Assembly: GCA_016699975.1 (NCBI GenBank)
Contig: CP064994.1
Coordinates: 711,828-775,827 of the forward strand
DNA from: Candidatus Moraniibacteriota bacterium
GTDB taxonomy: Bacteria; Patescibacteriota; Minisyncoccia; Moranbacterales; UBA1568
DNA length: 64,000 bases
Reading direction: 5' to 3'
Positions 10,869 through 19,390 of the stretch are shown here, in pieces. The notes beneath the pieces were generated by a model. The model saw only the letters and a program-made list of their open reading frames with translations, was not told where the DNA came from and did no database searches. Position numbers and translations under genes: made by a program. Within the stretch, counting starts at the first letter, position 1, and every line of letters begins with the position of its first letter.

Positions 10869-11055
10869 CTCAGAAATGCTGGGACGATGGGGTACACATG
10901 GGAACAACTGCACCCCCCGTATTCTCTCAAAATGGCTCGAATGTGGCAATGGGCTGGAGGTAATGCGAGAACGGATGGAGCGGGTTATGACGCGGTAGTT
11001 TTTTGATAAATCTACGAGAAGATGACACAACAAAGCCATAAAATAGTCACGGATG

Positions 11056-11085
11056 TTGACTTCTACTGATTAAACGTGCTATTGT
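11056..11085 (+). promoter_or_regulatory. sigma70-like promoter candidate for the nucleotide cassette
   Basis: TTGACT (11056-11061), an 18-nt spacer, then TATTGT (11080-11085). About 60 nt downstream an AAAGGAGAG RBS sits 4 nt before the ATG at 11144. Confidence 0.3.
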
Positions 11086-11143
11086 ATAGAGTCTTAATTT
11101 TAAGACGAGTATCTTACCAATTGAAGAGAAAAAGGAGAGAATC

Positions 11144-11641
11144 ATGCATGAAACAGCAAAAATATTGATCGCGCAGATTATCGCGAACAAGAAAGAAGAA
11201 GTCGAAAGAACCGAGCAAGCTCGTCAAGTTTCACTCAAAGACGCTCAAGAAGCGGAAGGGGCGATGATTTCTCGCTATGATACTTTTCTTGAAGAAGCTC
11301 AATATCTCGCGGGCGGACAGAATAAACGGTTGCTCGAAGCAAAAGCTGTTCTCGCTTTACTCGAGAGCCTCCTTCAGAGGGATGCCGATGTTTCACGTCG
11401 GGCATCCATTGGTTCTATAGTAACTATCGAGAATATCGAGACTACGGAGATAAAGAAATTCCTTCTCGTTTCTGAAGAAGCGGGCGGCGGAGTTTTTTCG
11501 TGCCACCCTGATGAGGGTGAGAAAATTTCAGCCGTAAGCCCGTCTTCTCCAATTGGCAAGGCGCTTTTCGGAAAAGAAAGCAGGGAAGAAATCGAATGCC
11601 CCATGCTCAAAAGAGCATGGGAAATCAGCGAAATTCAATGA
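11144..11641 (+). CDS. GreA/GreB-family (Rnk/Gfh-like) RNA polymerase secondary-channel factor paralog 1
   Basis: 165 aa. N-terminal predicted coiled coil and a C-terminal domain with IGSIVTIENIETTE...AVSPSSPIGKALFGKESREEIE, resembling the GreA C-terminal domain (IS..SP.G.AL.GK..GD). The coiled-coil tip reads EGAMISRYDT rather than GDLSENAEY. Confidence 0.6.
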   Translation: MHETAKILIAQIIANKKEEVERTEQARQVSLKDAQEAEGAMISRYDTFLEEAQYLAGGQNKRLLEAKAVLALLESLLQRDADVSRRASIGSIVTIENIETTEIKKFLLVSEEAGGGVFSCHPDEGEKISAVSPSSPIGKALFGKESREEIECPMLKRAWEISEIQ

Positions 11642-11650
11642 TAGCGGAGA

Positions 11651-12232
11651 ATGCTCATGCAAAACGACAGTCCGATGATTTTAGTTATAGAAAGCATAAA
11701 TTGTGTTGGTAAAACAACCCTCGCTAAATCCATTGCTTCAAAACTCGGCTTCCGGTATCTCTACACACCACAGTCGCCTCTTTCGGTGATTCGTAAAGAG
11801 ATAGAGTCCCTGGATGATTCAAATACCCGGTTTTTCTACTACCTGACTTCGGTTATTGCCGTTCAGAGGAAAATCCGATCGGATATCGATTTGGGAAGGA
11901 GTGTTGTTATTGATCGCTATATTCACTCGACTCTCGTCATGCACCGCGTGCTTGGCGTTGATGTGTCCTGTGTGAGTATCGAAAAATTGCCCATTCTCTG
12001 GCCGACGGTTTCTGTGCTCCTCACGGCTACGTCGGAAACGAGAGTTGAAAGAAGAAACAAGCGTGATGGTTCGCAGGATTATGACCAGCGCATTGAGCAA
12101 TCTACTGGATTGCTTGATCGAGCGCAGGAGGCTTTCGCGGATTCTCATCAATGGTCGCTTGTGCTTGAAACTGATGGCCTTTCGGCGGAGCAAGTTGAGG
12201 CACAAGTGACACTACTTTTACAGGAGCAATAG
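11651..12232 (+). CDS. thymidylate-kinase-like nucleotide kinase (P-loop)
   Basis: 193 aa. Walker A-like VIESINCVGKTTLA, a Tmk-like VVIDRYIHST (DRY) motif and a lid-region RVERRNKRDG. Confidence 0.65.
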   Translation: MLMQNDSPMILVIESINCVGKTTLAKSIASKLGFRYLYTPQSPLSVIRKEIESLDDSNTRFFYYLTSVIAVQRKIRSDIDLGRSVVIDRYIHSTLVMHRVLGVDVSCVSIEKLPILWPTVSVLLTATSETRVERRNKRDGSQDYDQRIEQSTGLLDRAQEAFADSHQWSLVLETDGLSAEQVEAQVTLLLQEQ

Positions 12233-12234
12233 CC

Positions 12235-13191
12235 ATGTATAATGTCTTTGAAGAATTACTCGCGCAAGGAAAAGTGGAGACGACTCGTCTCAACAGCCTT
12301 CGCGTGAAGCTTCACGTACCGTGCCAGTGGACATGCAACTTTTGTCACATGGAAGGCAATCCTTCATCGCAACCGATTCGAAATGACATGCAGTTTTCCG
12401 GTGCGCTCGTTCGTTTCCGGGATTGTTTCGGATTTACCGAAGTACATTTCACTGGAGGCGAACCGTCAATTCATCCCGAGATTACCCAGTTCATTGCGAA
12501 AGCAAAGAGCTTGGGATTCAAGGTGAAAATGACAACGAATGGACAGTCAAAGCACTCGCGATATTTCGAGTGTATATGGTCGGGACTCGATGAGCTCAAC
12601 ATGAGTGTTCACACTCTTGACCCAGCGGAATTGGGGAAGATTATGTCACCGCCCAAAGACGCGGCGTGGGGAAAAAAAGCGATTGAAAAACAAGTTGGTC
12701 TCATTGAGGCTCTCAATGGAAAGGTTCGTCTCAAGATCAATACGTGCATTGGCGAAACGGAACAGCCGGCAATCGCGCTTGCTGATTTTGTGAGGCGCAG
12801 GGATATTTCGTGGCGTCTCATGAACGTGCTGGAGATTCCAGAAATCTCGTATGCCTCTCTCGCAAGAGCGTGCCAAACGCTCGGAGCAACTCCAGTGCGG
12901 GCGTCGGTCATTCGAGGAAGTTCGAGTTGTTCCATTGATATGCGCTGTGAAGATGGGTTCGCTTTCAAGCTGAAACTCATCCAGCCGCATTTCTTGGAAG
13001 GCATGTGCGCCAATTGCGAATTGAGAGCGTATGGCGGATGTTATGAATTCGCATACGGACCAAGACTTGAAATGGAACGCGGCATGCTCATGGTGCGAAA
13101 CTGTGTGCACCGCGACGGTCCGCCATTCTCCCTTCCCATTCACGCCTACTTCTCTCACCCCATTGCTCAACAATTGGGCGAAGAACTGTAG
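12235..13191 (+). CDS. radical SAM enzyme, MoaA/viperin-class
   Basis: 318 aa. CX3CX2C motif (LHVPCQWTCNFCHMEG), FTGGEPS, MTTNGQ and LNMSVHTLDP, plus a C-terminal CANC...C arrangement parallel to the auxiliary cluster of MoaA. Confidence 0.8.
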   Translation: MYNVFEELLAQGKVETTRLNSLRVKLHVPCQWTCNFCHMEGNPSSQPIRNDMQFSGALVRFRDCFGFTEVHFTGGEPSIHPEITQFIAKAKSLGFKVKMTTNGQSKHSRYFECIWSGLDELNMSVHTLDPAELGKIMSPPKDAAWGKKAIEKQVGLIEALNGKVRLKINTCIGETEQPAIALADFVRRRDISWRLMNVLEIPEISYASLARACQTLGATPVRASVIRGSSSCSIDMRCEDGFAFKLKLIQPHFLEGMCANCELRAYGGCYEFAYGPRLEMERGMLMVRNCVHRDGPPFSLPIHAYFSHPIAQQLGEEL

Positions 13192-13216
13192 AGAAGAAGC
13201 TCGCAACAAAAACCTA

Positions 13217-13248
13217 AAGGCTAACGCAACGCGTTAGCCTTTTCTTTG
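13217..13248 (+). terminator. rho-independent terminator between the radical SAM and CYTH genes
   Basis: AAGGCTAACGC-AAC-GCGTTAGCCTT (11-bp perfect stem) followed by TTCTTTG. Confidence 0.55.
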
Positions 13249-13288
13249 AGAAAAATGCGCTAACATTCCCTCAAGTAAAGCCATATTT

Positions 13289-13810
13289 ATGGAAATAGAG
13301 CTCCGGGCAAGCGTTGACGATCCCGACGCAATAAGGAACGCCTTGGCGACACAAGCAGAGCACAGGGGAACGTCAAACGAACATGATTTTTATCTTCGCC
13401 ATGAAAGCGACAGAGATCGCTCGCTCATTTTGCGTATTCGGCGAAAAGAAAGCGGGTCATTGCTAACGTTCAAAGGCAAAGCTCTCGGCGATGATACCGC
13501 ATGGCCGGATGTTGATATTCCACTCACCGATTCCGACAATCTCCAACAGCTTCTTCTTGGAAGTGGTTACGTAAAAGTAGTTGAAATCAAGAAACGCCGA
13601 TCAAGCTATCGTCTCGAAGATTTTGAAATCAATGTTGATGAAATAGAAAATCTCGGGGTCTTTGTCGAAATTGAAGGACGAGGCGACGAGGAGGGTCGAG
13701 CAAAGATAGAGGAAAAAATAATGAGTCTTCTTGTGAGTCTCGGGATTCAAAACGAAAATATTATCCGAAAGGGATATGTCACCCTTATGCTTGAACAGTC
13801 TTCGATATGA
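13289..13810 (+). CDS. CYTH-domain protein (CyaB/ThTPase-type triphosphate tunnel metalloenzyme)
   Basis: 173 aa. N-terminal MEIELR (ExExK-type motif with R). The beta-rich pattern LRIRRKESGSLLTFKG...YRLEDFEINVDEIENLGVFVEIEG is typical of class IV adenylyl cyclase / CYTH proteins. Confidence 0.75.
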   Translation: MEIELRASVDDPDAIRNALATQAEHRGTSNEHDFYLRHESDRDRSLILRIRRKESGSLLTFKGKALGDDTAWPDVDIPLTDSDNLQQLLLGSGYVKVVEIKKRRSSYRLEDFEINVDEIENLGVFVEIEGRGDEEGRAKIEEKIMSLLVSLGIQNENIIRKGYVTLMLEQSSI

Positions 13811-14286
13811 AAGACACGCCACTCCTTTTTCTTCGGAAAGATTATTTGGCGCTTGAGAAAAATATTGACGCGCTCAAAAACAACCTGAAAACGGTTGGCT
13901 TTGAAGTTGGGGAAATGTCGCATCAGAGCTCGGAAACGTGGCATGACAATTACGGTTTTGAAGAAGCCGATCGAGAAAGAAAAAGACTCGCCGGCACGCT
14001 CGAAGAATTGAAAAAAGTTTACGCGCAGGCTGAAATAGTTGAGCCGTCAGTTCACGCGGAGCACGTCTCTCTCGGATCGAAAGTCACGATACAGAATGTA
14101 GACACCCACGAGGAAAAAGTTGTTTTCGTTGGGAGCTACATGGTTCTCAAAAAAACAGACCCGAACGAATTTTCTTATGCCGCGCCTTTCGTGGCTCCGC
14201 TTATGGGCGCGTCTGTCGGCGAGGTGAGAGAAATAAAAATCGGGGGAGTGTTATCGCGGATTAAGGTTGTGGATATTCGTGAGTGA
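13807..14286 (+). CDS. GreA/GreB-family (Rnk/Gfh-like) RNA polymerase secondary-channel factor paralog 2
   Basis: 159 aa. ATGA overlap with the CYTH gene. N-terminal coiled coil with tip SSETWHDNYGFEEADRE. The C-terminal domain VSLGSKVTIQNVDTHEEKVVFVG...YAAPFVAPLMGASVGEVREIKI is GreA C-terminal-domain-like. Confidence 0.7.
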   Translation: MKDTPLLFLRKDYLALEKNIDALKNNLKTVGFEVGEMSHQSSETWHDNYGFEEADRERKRLAGTLEELKKVYAQAEIVEPSVHAEHVSLGSKVTIQNVDTHEEKVVFVGSYMVLKKTDPNEFSYAAPFVAPLMGASVGEVREIKIGGVLSRIKVVDIRE

Positions 14287-14316
14287 AAGACGATGAGGAA
14301 AAAAATATTCTGATCT

Positions 14317-15090
14317 TTATTTCAATTCCTCAATTAAACAATCCGATCCCTCGAAACATTCGTAGAAAATAGAGATTTCCTTTATAACGCGACCCGGACG
14401 ATTTGATGAGACAGACGTGTAAATGTTAATTCTATTTTCATATTTAAGTAGACGAAAAAAATCTGTATTATCTCTTTTATTTTTATTCATTTCTTTATCT
14501 TTGATGGTTGGGAAATACGAGATTGAACTTAAATTGTACAAATATTGTGAAGTTTTTCCGGCTGGAACAGGAAGCGTATTGCTGTCTGGAATAAGATGTC
14601 CGCCTTGCCCATTTACCACGAAATAAATATCATCCCACGATGTTAATGGTCGATCATAATCAACCAGTGCGTCAATGTATAGATACGCCCTTGAAAATTG
14701 TCCTCTTGATTTGTAGCTTTTTTTAATACCATCAAAATTAACTGTAGCAGGTTTATCATTTACACAACCACCAAGATGACACTCTGAAGAGATTTTTATA
14801 TTCCTAATATTAGGGTTGGGATTTGCTCCTTTTATTGCACTATAATCCGGGAGCTCGGAGGGTAACGCCTTTTGCCATAGCTCTTCCGAAGTTTTTATTT
14901 TCTCTTCTAACTCCTTTATTTCCTCAGCTCGTTGCTTTATTTTTTCATCAATGTCCCGCGAAATATTTTTCTCTATCACAACTCTTTTATTAGCCTCATT
15001 AGTCAAACCTCCAATATATAGACCCAGCAAAGTAGTTATGGAAGCTACTATTATCAAAATTAAATACGCCATCAGATCATTTTTTTTCAT
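14317..15090 (-). CDS. hypothetical membrane-anchored protein with coiled coil
   Basis: 257 aa. N-terminal TM (AYLILIIVASITTLLGLYIGG), a charged helical stretch (KIKQRAEEIKELEEKIKTSEE), then an unknown globular domain. AT-rich codon usage. Confidence 0.5.
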   Translation of the reverse strand: MKKNDLMAYLILIIVASITTLLGLYIGGLTNEANKRVVIEKNISRDIDEKIKQRAEEIKELEEKIKTSEELWQKALPSELPDYSAIKGANPNPNIRNIKISSECHLGGCVNDKPATVNFDGIKKSYKSRGQFSRAYLYIDALVDYDRPLTSWDDIYFVVNGQGGHLIPDSNTLPVPAGKTSQYLYNLSSISYFPTIKDKEMNKNKRDNTDFFRLLKYENRINIYTSVSSNRPGRVIKEISIFYECFEGSDCLIEELK

Positions 15091-15400
15091 ATCCCTTCCT
15101 TAATGTTATCGGTAATACTGTTACTGCAAGCAGAATCACCCAAAATAGGCAAAGAGCAGTTATTATCTGGTGCATTATCTTTGGTAAAGGTTTCCAAAAC
15201 TTCCAAAATCTCTTATCATATGCGGTTGCATGTAAAAAAATGGCTCCTATTGGGAGAATAAATGTATTTGAAACAACCGCGATTGACCAAGAATAATAAT
15301 CAAACTTCATCTCTAAGAGTATAAATAGAGTTAAATAACAGAAAGCAAACAGCGACGTAAAGCTGAAACACGCCCATTTTTTTTCTTGATTTGATTTCAT
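15077..15400 (-). CDS. hypothetical small integral membrane protein
   Basis: 107 aa with 3-4 hydrophobic segments. 14-nt overlap with the downstream gene. Confidence 0.45.
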   Translation of the reverse strand: MKSNQEKKWACFSFTSLFAFCYLTLFILLEMKFDYYSWSIAVVSNTFILPIGAIFLHATAYDKRFWKFWKPLPKIMHQIITALCLFWVILLAVTVLPITLRKGYEKK

Positions 15401-15479
15401 ATCGAGGTAAATAGCCTACATTATGAGATTCTCGGTTTTCATACTCGCTCGCGCTTCCACTTAATAATCTATAGGGACA

Positions 15480-16741
15480 TTATGTGTGGAATCTATGCTT
15501 AAACGCTCGTCTAAAACCAGCGTCTTCAGCTTCTTTTACGGTAAATGCGTAAAATTCACCTTTACTTTTCGTGATTACAGTTCTGTCATACTGCTGATCC
15601 ATTGGTAAGTGGTATATTTTCGTATTACCAGACTCGTCATAATTTTTGTTGCATTTAATTCTCGGGAAATTCCCAATCGGCTTGTTTTCGATGATCTCAA
15701 CACTTAATGCCTTTGCCATTTCTTTTGCTCTTTCGGATAAAGATATAGATGTAAAAATATTGGTCGCAGTTTATTTTCAGTTAAAAACCTTGCAAACTCT
15801 TCAAATGTTTTCGGTTTATTATGACTCCCAAAGTTTTTAATCCAATATTCCATGGTTGTACCAAACAATTGAAAGATGTGTTTTTCGTGTATTTCTTTAT
15901 AGTGCGCCCAATATTTACACTGAATGATACAAACCTCATTACCTTTCTTGGCGATAATATCTCTGCCTAAATCATCGAACCCGTCAATTATACCTTTGTA
16001 TTCGATAGAATAGCCTTTCTGTTCATAGATGTATCCGACGTACATCTCATAATCTCTTCCGATTGCCCATTTTGATTTATTTCTATTTTTTAGGTATCTG
16101 TCCAATGCTTTTTGATTTCTCTCCACGGAAGGGAGCTTTTTATATTCTTCAGGAGTTAAGAAATTTTTAACACGGTCTTCGCTATTATCGTCATCTCCAT
16201 CGTCATCAATCTTTACAGGAATTTCTTCATTTTCATCCTCAGCAATTAAATCAGTTAGCCAAGGAAATAGCTTTTCAAAGTAGTTAATTTTATAGTTCAG
16301 TATTTTATTTTCCCTTCTCAAAACTTTTTTTTCACTTTTTACCTCACGAACGATTTCCGCTGTTGTATGGGCTGGATGTTTTTTTGTGTTTAGATATTTT
16401 TCAAACTTTGAATCTTTCAATGCAAAATACTCAGAAAATGCTTCTGCTAACCAAGGAAAACCCATTGATTTTTGAGCAGCTATTTTTTTGACTTCTTCTT
16501 TATCTTGCGCAACTTTGTGATTCCATGATTCTACTTTTGATACCCAATTTTTTCTATCTTCTTCAACTTTCAATTCATGCATTTTTATAGAATTTTCCAA
16601 GCTATCTAATTTTGGTTTCAGGTCAAGATACTTTTTGGAATTAGAAACTGCCTCGCTGATCCACGAAATTACTTTCCAAAGTACGGAAATCAAAATGATG
16701 ATAAGTATCCATGCGTAATCTTCCATAAATGTTTCTGGCAC
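15480..16741 (-). CDS. Mrr-type (PD-(D/E)xK) restriction endonuclease with an N-terminal TM/coiled-coil region, frame broken at a T-run
   Basis: Core GRDYEMYVGYIYEQKGYSIEY...DLGRDIIAKKGNEVCIIQCKYW matches the Mrr_cat pattern (D...QCK). The ORFs 15704-16741 and 15480-15719 join through the A5/T5 run at 15743-15747 to give ...PIFFTSISLSERAKEMAKALSVEIIENKP.... The C-terminal tail is KIYHLPMDQQY...FTVKEAEDAGFRRA. Confidence 0.7.
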
Positions 16742-16780
16742 AGAGTTTTAAGCACTTGTCTACTATCCAATCCTTTCCCT

Positions 16781-16993
16781 CTAAGACGAACTTTTTTCAC
16801 GATCAAGAATCCTCATCACATCCCCCCTCCGATACCGCCTATCCCCTCGCGTCCCAAACCGGATCGCTTTCAAAAATCCTTTGTTGTCCCAGTTACGGAG
16901 CGTGTTCGGGTGACAATGCAAAATCTCACATGCCTCCTGAAGCGTCAGAATCTCTGATGCTTTTTCTTTGGGTTGTCTTTTCATAGGTTTCAA
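16781..16993 (-). CDS. excisionase-family helix-turn-helix DNA-binding protein
   Basis: 70 aa. LTLQEACEILHCHPNTLRNWDNKGFLKAIRFGTRGDRRYRRGDV fits the Xis/MerR-type HTH of mobile elements. Confidence 0.7.
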   Translation of the reverse strand: MKPMKRQPKEKASEILTLQEACEILHCHPNTLRNWDNKGFLKAIRFGTRGDRRYRRGDVMRILDREKSSS

Positions 16994-17033
16994 CTTACTA
17001 TGAGTCTACAAGATATTCTAATTTACGCAAAGT

Positions 17034-17819
17034 ATGCCCCGAAAAAGAGGATGCAAGGCATTTGGTCTTCCGATACAACTCATTGTTTTTAACAATGAAC
17101 TCCCGCTATTGGCAAAGACTCTTATGGGAGATGTGCCTGATATTGCGCCAATCTTTCAACATGGCTCAACACCAACAAGCACCCTCTTTCTCAAACCAAA
17201 TCTCTCCGTCCAGGGAAAATTCAGGCTTGAAGGAAAAGAACAGCACCGTATTTACCATATCCAACAATTCAGATTCAATTACATTGACGGAAAAGGAAAT
17301 AGGAATTTCGACGAGTTGATTGGAGGAAGGCTCTATCCGAGTATCGTAGATATCAAATCAAAAAACGAGCTCCTACAGTTCATTGCCAATAACCATCCAG
17401 ATTTTTCAATAGTTCCATCGTCTGAAGAACAAGAACACCTGAATAAAAAGTATTGTGATGCTGGATTAAAGGGATACCCAATATTCGATATTGTATACTC
17501 GGTCGATTCCAAACCAAAAATGTCTTTTCCAATATCGAAAGATCAATGGGAAGCTATCAAGGACATAAACAGAGATTTCTTTTGGGAGAAAATCCAGAAA
17601 TTTCAAAGTTTTGTTCAGGGATGGATTACCAAAGAATCAGACAAAGCGCTTTCTGAAGATACCTTACTTTGGCTTAATCGGGAACTTGAAAATGTCAGCC
17701 CCATTCTCACGGCGTACAAAGGATCGGTTTGGGAGCGGGTTCGAGACGATAATGTCAAGCCATCAACAGAAGAGGAGCGGGAACAGCTCGCGAAAAAGAT
17801 ACGGCGATTCGGTTTGTAA
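17034..17819 (+). CDS. hypothetical protein
   Basis: 261-aa ORF divergent from the HTH gene. No motif recognised. Confidence 0.45.
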   Translation: MPRKRGCKAFGLPIQLIVFNNELPLLAKTLMGDVPDIAPIFQHGSTPTSTLFLKPNLSVQGKFRLEGKEQHRIYHIQQFRFNYIDGKGNRNFDELIGGRLYPSIVDIKSKNELLQFIANNHPDFSIVPSSEEQEHLNKKYCDAGLKGYPIFDIVYSVDSKPKMSFPISKDQWEAIKDINRDFFWEKIQKFQSFVQGWITKESDKALSEDTLLWLNRELENVSPILTAYKGSVWERVRDDNVKPSTEEEREQLAKKIRRFGL

Positions 17820-17821
17820 GA

Positions 17822-18080
17822 ACGGCGCATAATCTTTTCAGTCGAGGCACTCCCGAGACGAAACGAGAGGTCATCGATATTCTTTCTTCGAACATCGGAA
17901 TCAAAGACCGGAAAATCGCTTATTTCAACCTCAATGACCCGTTTGCATGGCTTCGCGAAGATGTGGAAAGCATACAGGCGGAAATGTGTGCCTTCGAACC
18001 GAAAAAAGAGGCGGTTGATGGCTCTGTGAAAACAAAAACAGAAGCGGTAGCTTCTGCTCGTTCTATGCTGCTGGGGTGCT
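17822..18080 (+). pseudogene. C-terminal remnant of a (serine) recombinase/integrase
   Basis: The frame-1 reading ...TPETKREVIDILSSNIGIKDRKIAYFNLNDPFAWLRE... resembles the conserved C-terminal tail of large serine recombinases (L..SN....D.K......PF). No start codon or catalytic domain is present. The stop lies inside tRNA-Gln. Confidence 0.4.
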
Positions 18081-18141
18081 AGGATTCGAACCTAGGATCA
18101 TGGGACCAGAACCCATTGCCTTACCGCTTGGCTACACCCCA
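18071..18141 (-). tRNA. tRNA-Gln (anticodon CUG)
   Basis: Minus-strand sequence TGGGGTGTAGCCAAGCGGTAAGGCAATGGGTTCTGGTCCCATGATCCTAGGTTCGAATCCTAGCACCCCAG folds as a cloverleaf. The acceptor stem is 7 bp, the anticodon loop is TTCTGGT and the T-loop is TTCGAAT. No encoded CCA. Confidence 0.9.
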
Positions 18142-18336
18142 ATTCACTTTCGCGTGACCGAGATAGAAAAAAGAGGAGAAAAGTTGTGACGGGCGTTCAA
18201 TTTTGCAAAAGGCCTTCGAATTCCGAGTGACGAATCGGAAAAACAAGACCAAGAAAAAGAGGAACATTCGTCCCTCCTTACGGTAGCAAAAAGAGCGGAA
18301 AAATCAAGAAAAGCGCCGCCAGGACACCACACACAT

Positions 18337-19264
18337 TTATATTCGGAGATACCGGCGAACCGCAAGGAATCCACTCAACGCTCCCACAAACACGCCCACA
18401 AAAAGAAGTCCCAAAAAGACCGAGGCCACATTCGAGAGAAAAGAGCCCATGAGCCCAGTTCCTTCCACGATGCTGCTTGTCATCGGGTTTGCGCGCTGAA
18501 AAGAAATATACGAATAGAGGAAAAAGAGAGACAATCGCAGCGATTCCTCCATAGAGGATGCCTTCGACAACCGAGGGAGTGCGAACATAGAGATTGGAGG
18601 CGCCGACGAGGCGCATGATTTCAAAATCCTCGTGGCGTGCGTGCATGGTAAGACGAATGGTATTGAACATAACGAGAAACGCAATCAACAGAAAAATCAC
18701 CCCAAGAATCGCTCCCTGCCGAACCGCTTCTTCGCGAATCGAAGCGAGTCGATTGATCACCGATTCGTTCTCGCGATAATTGATGCGAAAAATATCATCT
18801 TTAAACGAGGACGTTTCCAGTGCGCGATTGATGGTTTCGTAGTCGCTGGGCGAACTCGCCTTTATGGAAATTGAGGGGAGGGAGGGATTCCCTCCGATTT
18901 CCTCGAGGGCCTGTTCGATAATTTCTTTGTTTCCGGCAAGCTCGCTTCGTTTACGAAAGGTTTCGAGCGCTTCGTCTTCGGATGTGTAGACGGCCGTTTT
19001 CACTTCCCGATATTTCTCCAGCTCTTTTTTGATGGCGAGAATTTTTCCTTCGCTCGTCCCGGCTTCGAAAGAAACGGTGATATCCATTTTATTCTCGAGA
19101 TTTTTGAGAATCGAATTCGTTGCGATTGCTTGGACAGCCGCGAGACCAATCACAAAAAGCGCGAGCGAAGTCGTAAGAATAGCGGAAACCGAAAGCCATC
19201 CACTTCGCACAAAGCTTCTCTCCCCTTCTCGCACTGCCCGCATGAGTTTTATTCCCTTTGACAT
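18337..19264 (-). CDS. ftsX: cell division permease FtsX, frame broken at a homopolymer
   Basis: N-terminus MRAVREGERSFVRSGWLSVSAI, a periplasmic domain and TM helices. After the A5 run at 18521-18525 the conserved C-terminus (...LYSYISFQRANPMTSS...GFLAVRRYLRI) continues in the frame of ORF 18337-18684. Confidence 0.85.
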
Positions 19265-19390
19265 AGTTCGGATTCAATTCCCGACAAAAACACGCTGGTT
19301 ACAAAAAGTTCTTTCAAGCTCGTCTCCCTGGTTTCTGCGGGAGAGAGGGCGATCACCCCTCCTCTCTTCTTTCATTCTCCACTTCTCATT

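Larger units (their letters stand above)
14317..18080. mobile_element. degraded AT-rich integrative element abutting the tRNA-Gln 3' end
   Basis: Visibly AT-richer than its flanks. Encodes an Mrr-type nuclease, an excisionase-family HTH and orphan membrane proteins. Ends with a recombinase C-terminal remnant whose reading frame runs into the 3' end of tRNA-Gln. No intact integrase and no direct repeat found by eye. Confidence 0.5.

Noticed and set aside
10869-11040. G-rich structured-looking segment upstream of the cassette promoter (overlapping small ORFs 10809-11006 on the plus strand and 10818-11039 on the minus strand). Considered as a riboswitch or leader.
   Set aside because: It lies upstream of, not downstream from, the best promoter candidate. 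It matches no riboswitch consensus I can recall, and neither small ORF has an RBS or motif.
12646-13209. 187-aa minus-strand ORF inside the nucleotide cassette
   Set aside because: Antisense to the radical SAM gene, whose CX3CX2C and GGEP motifs fix the coding strand.
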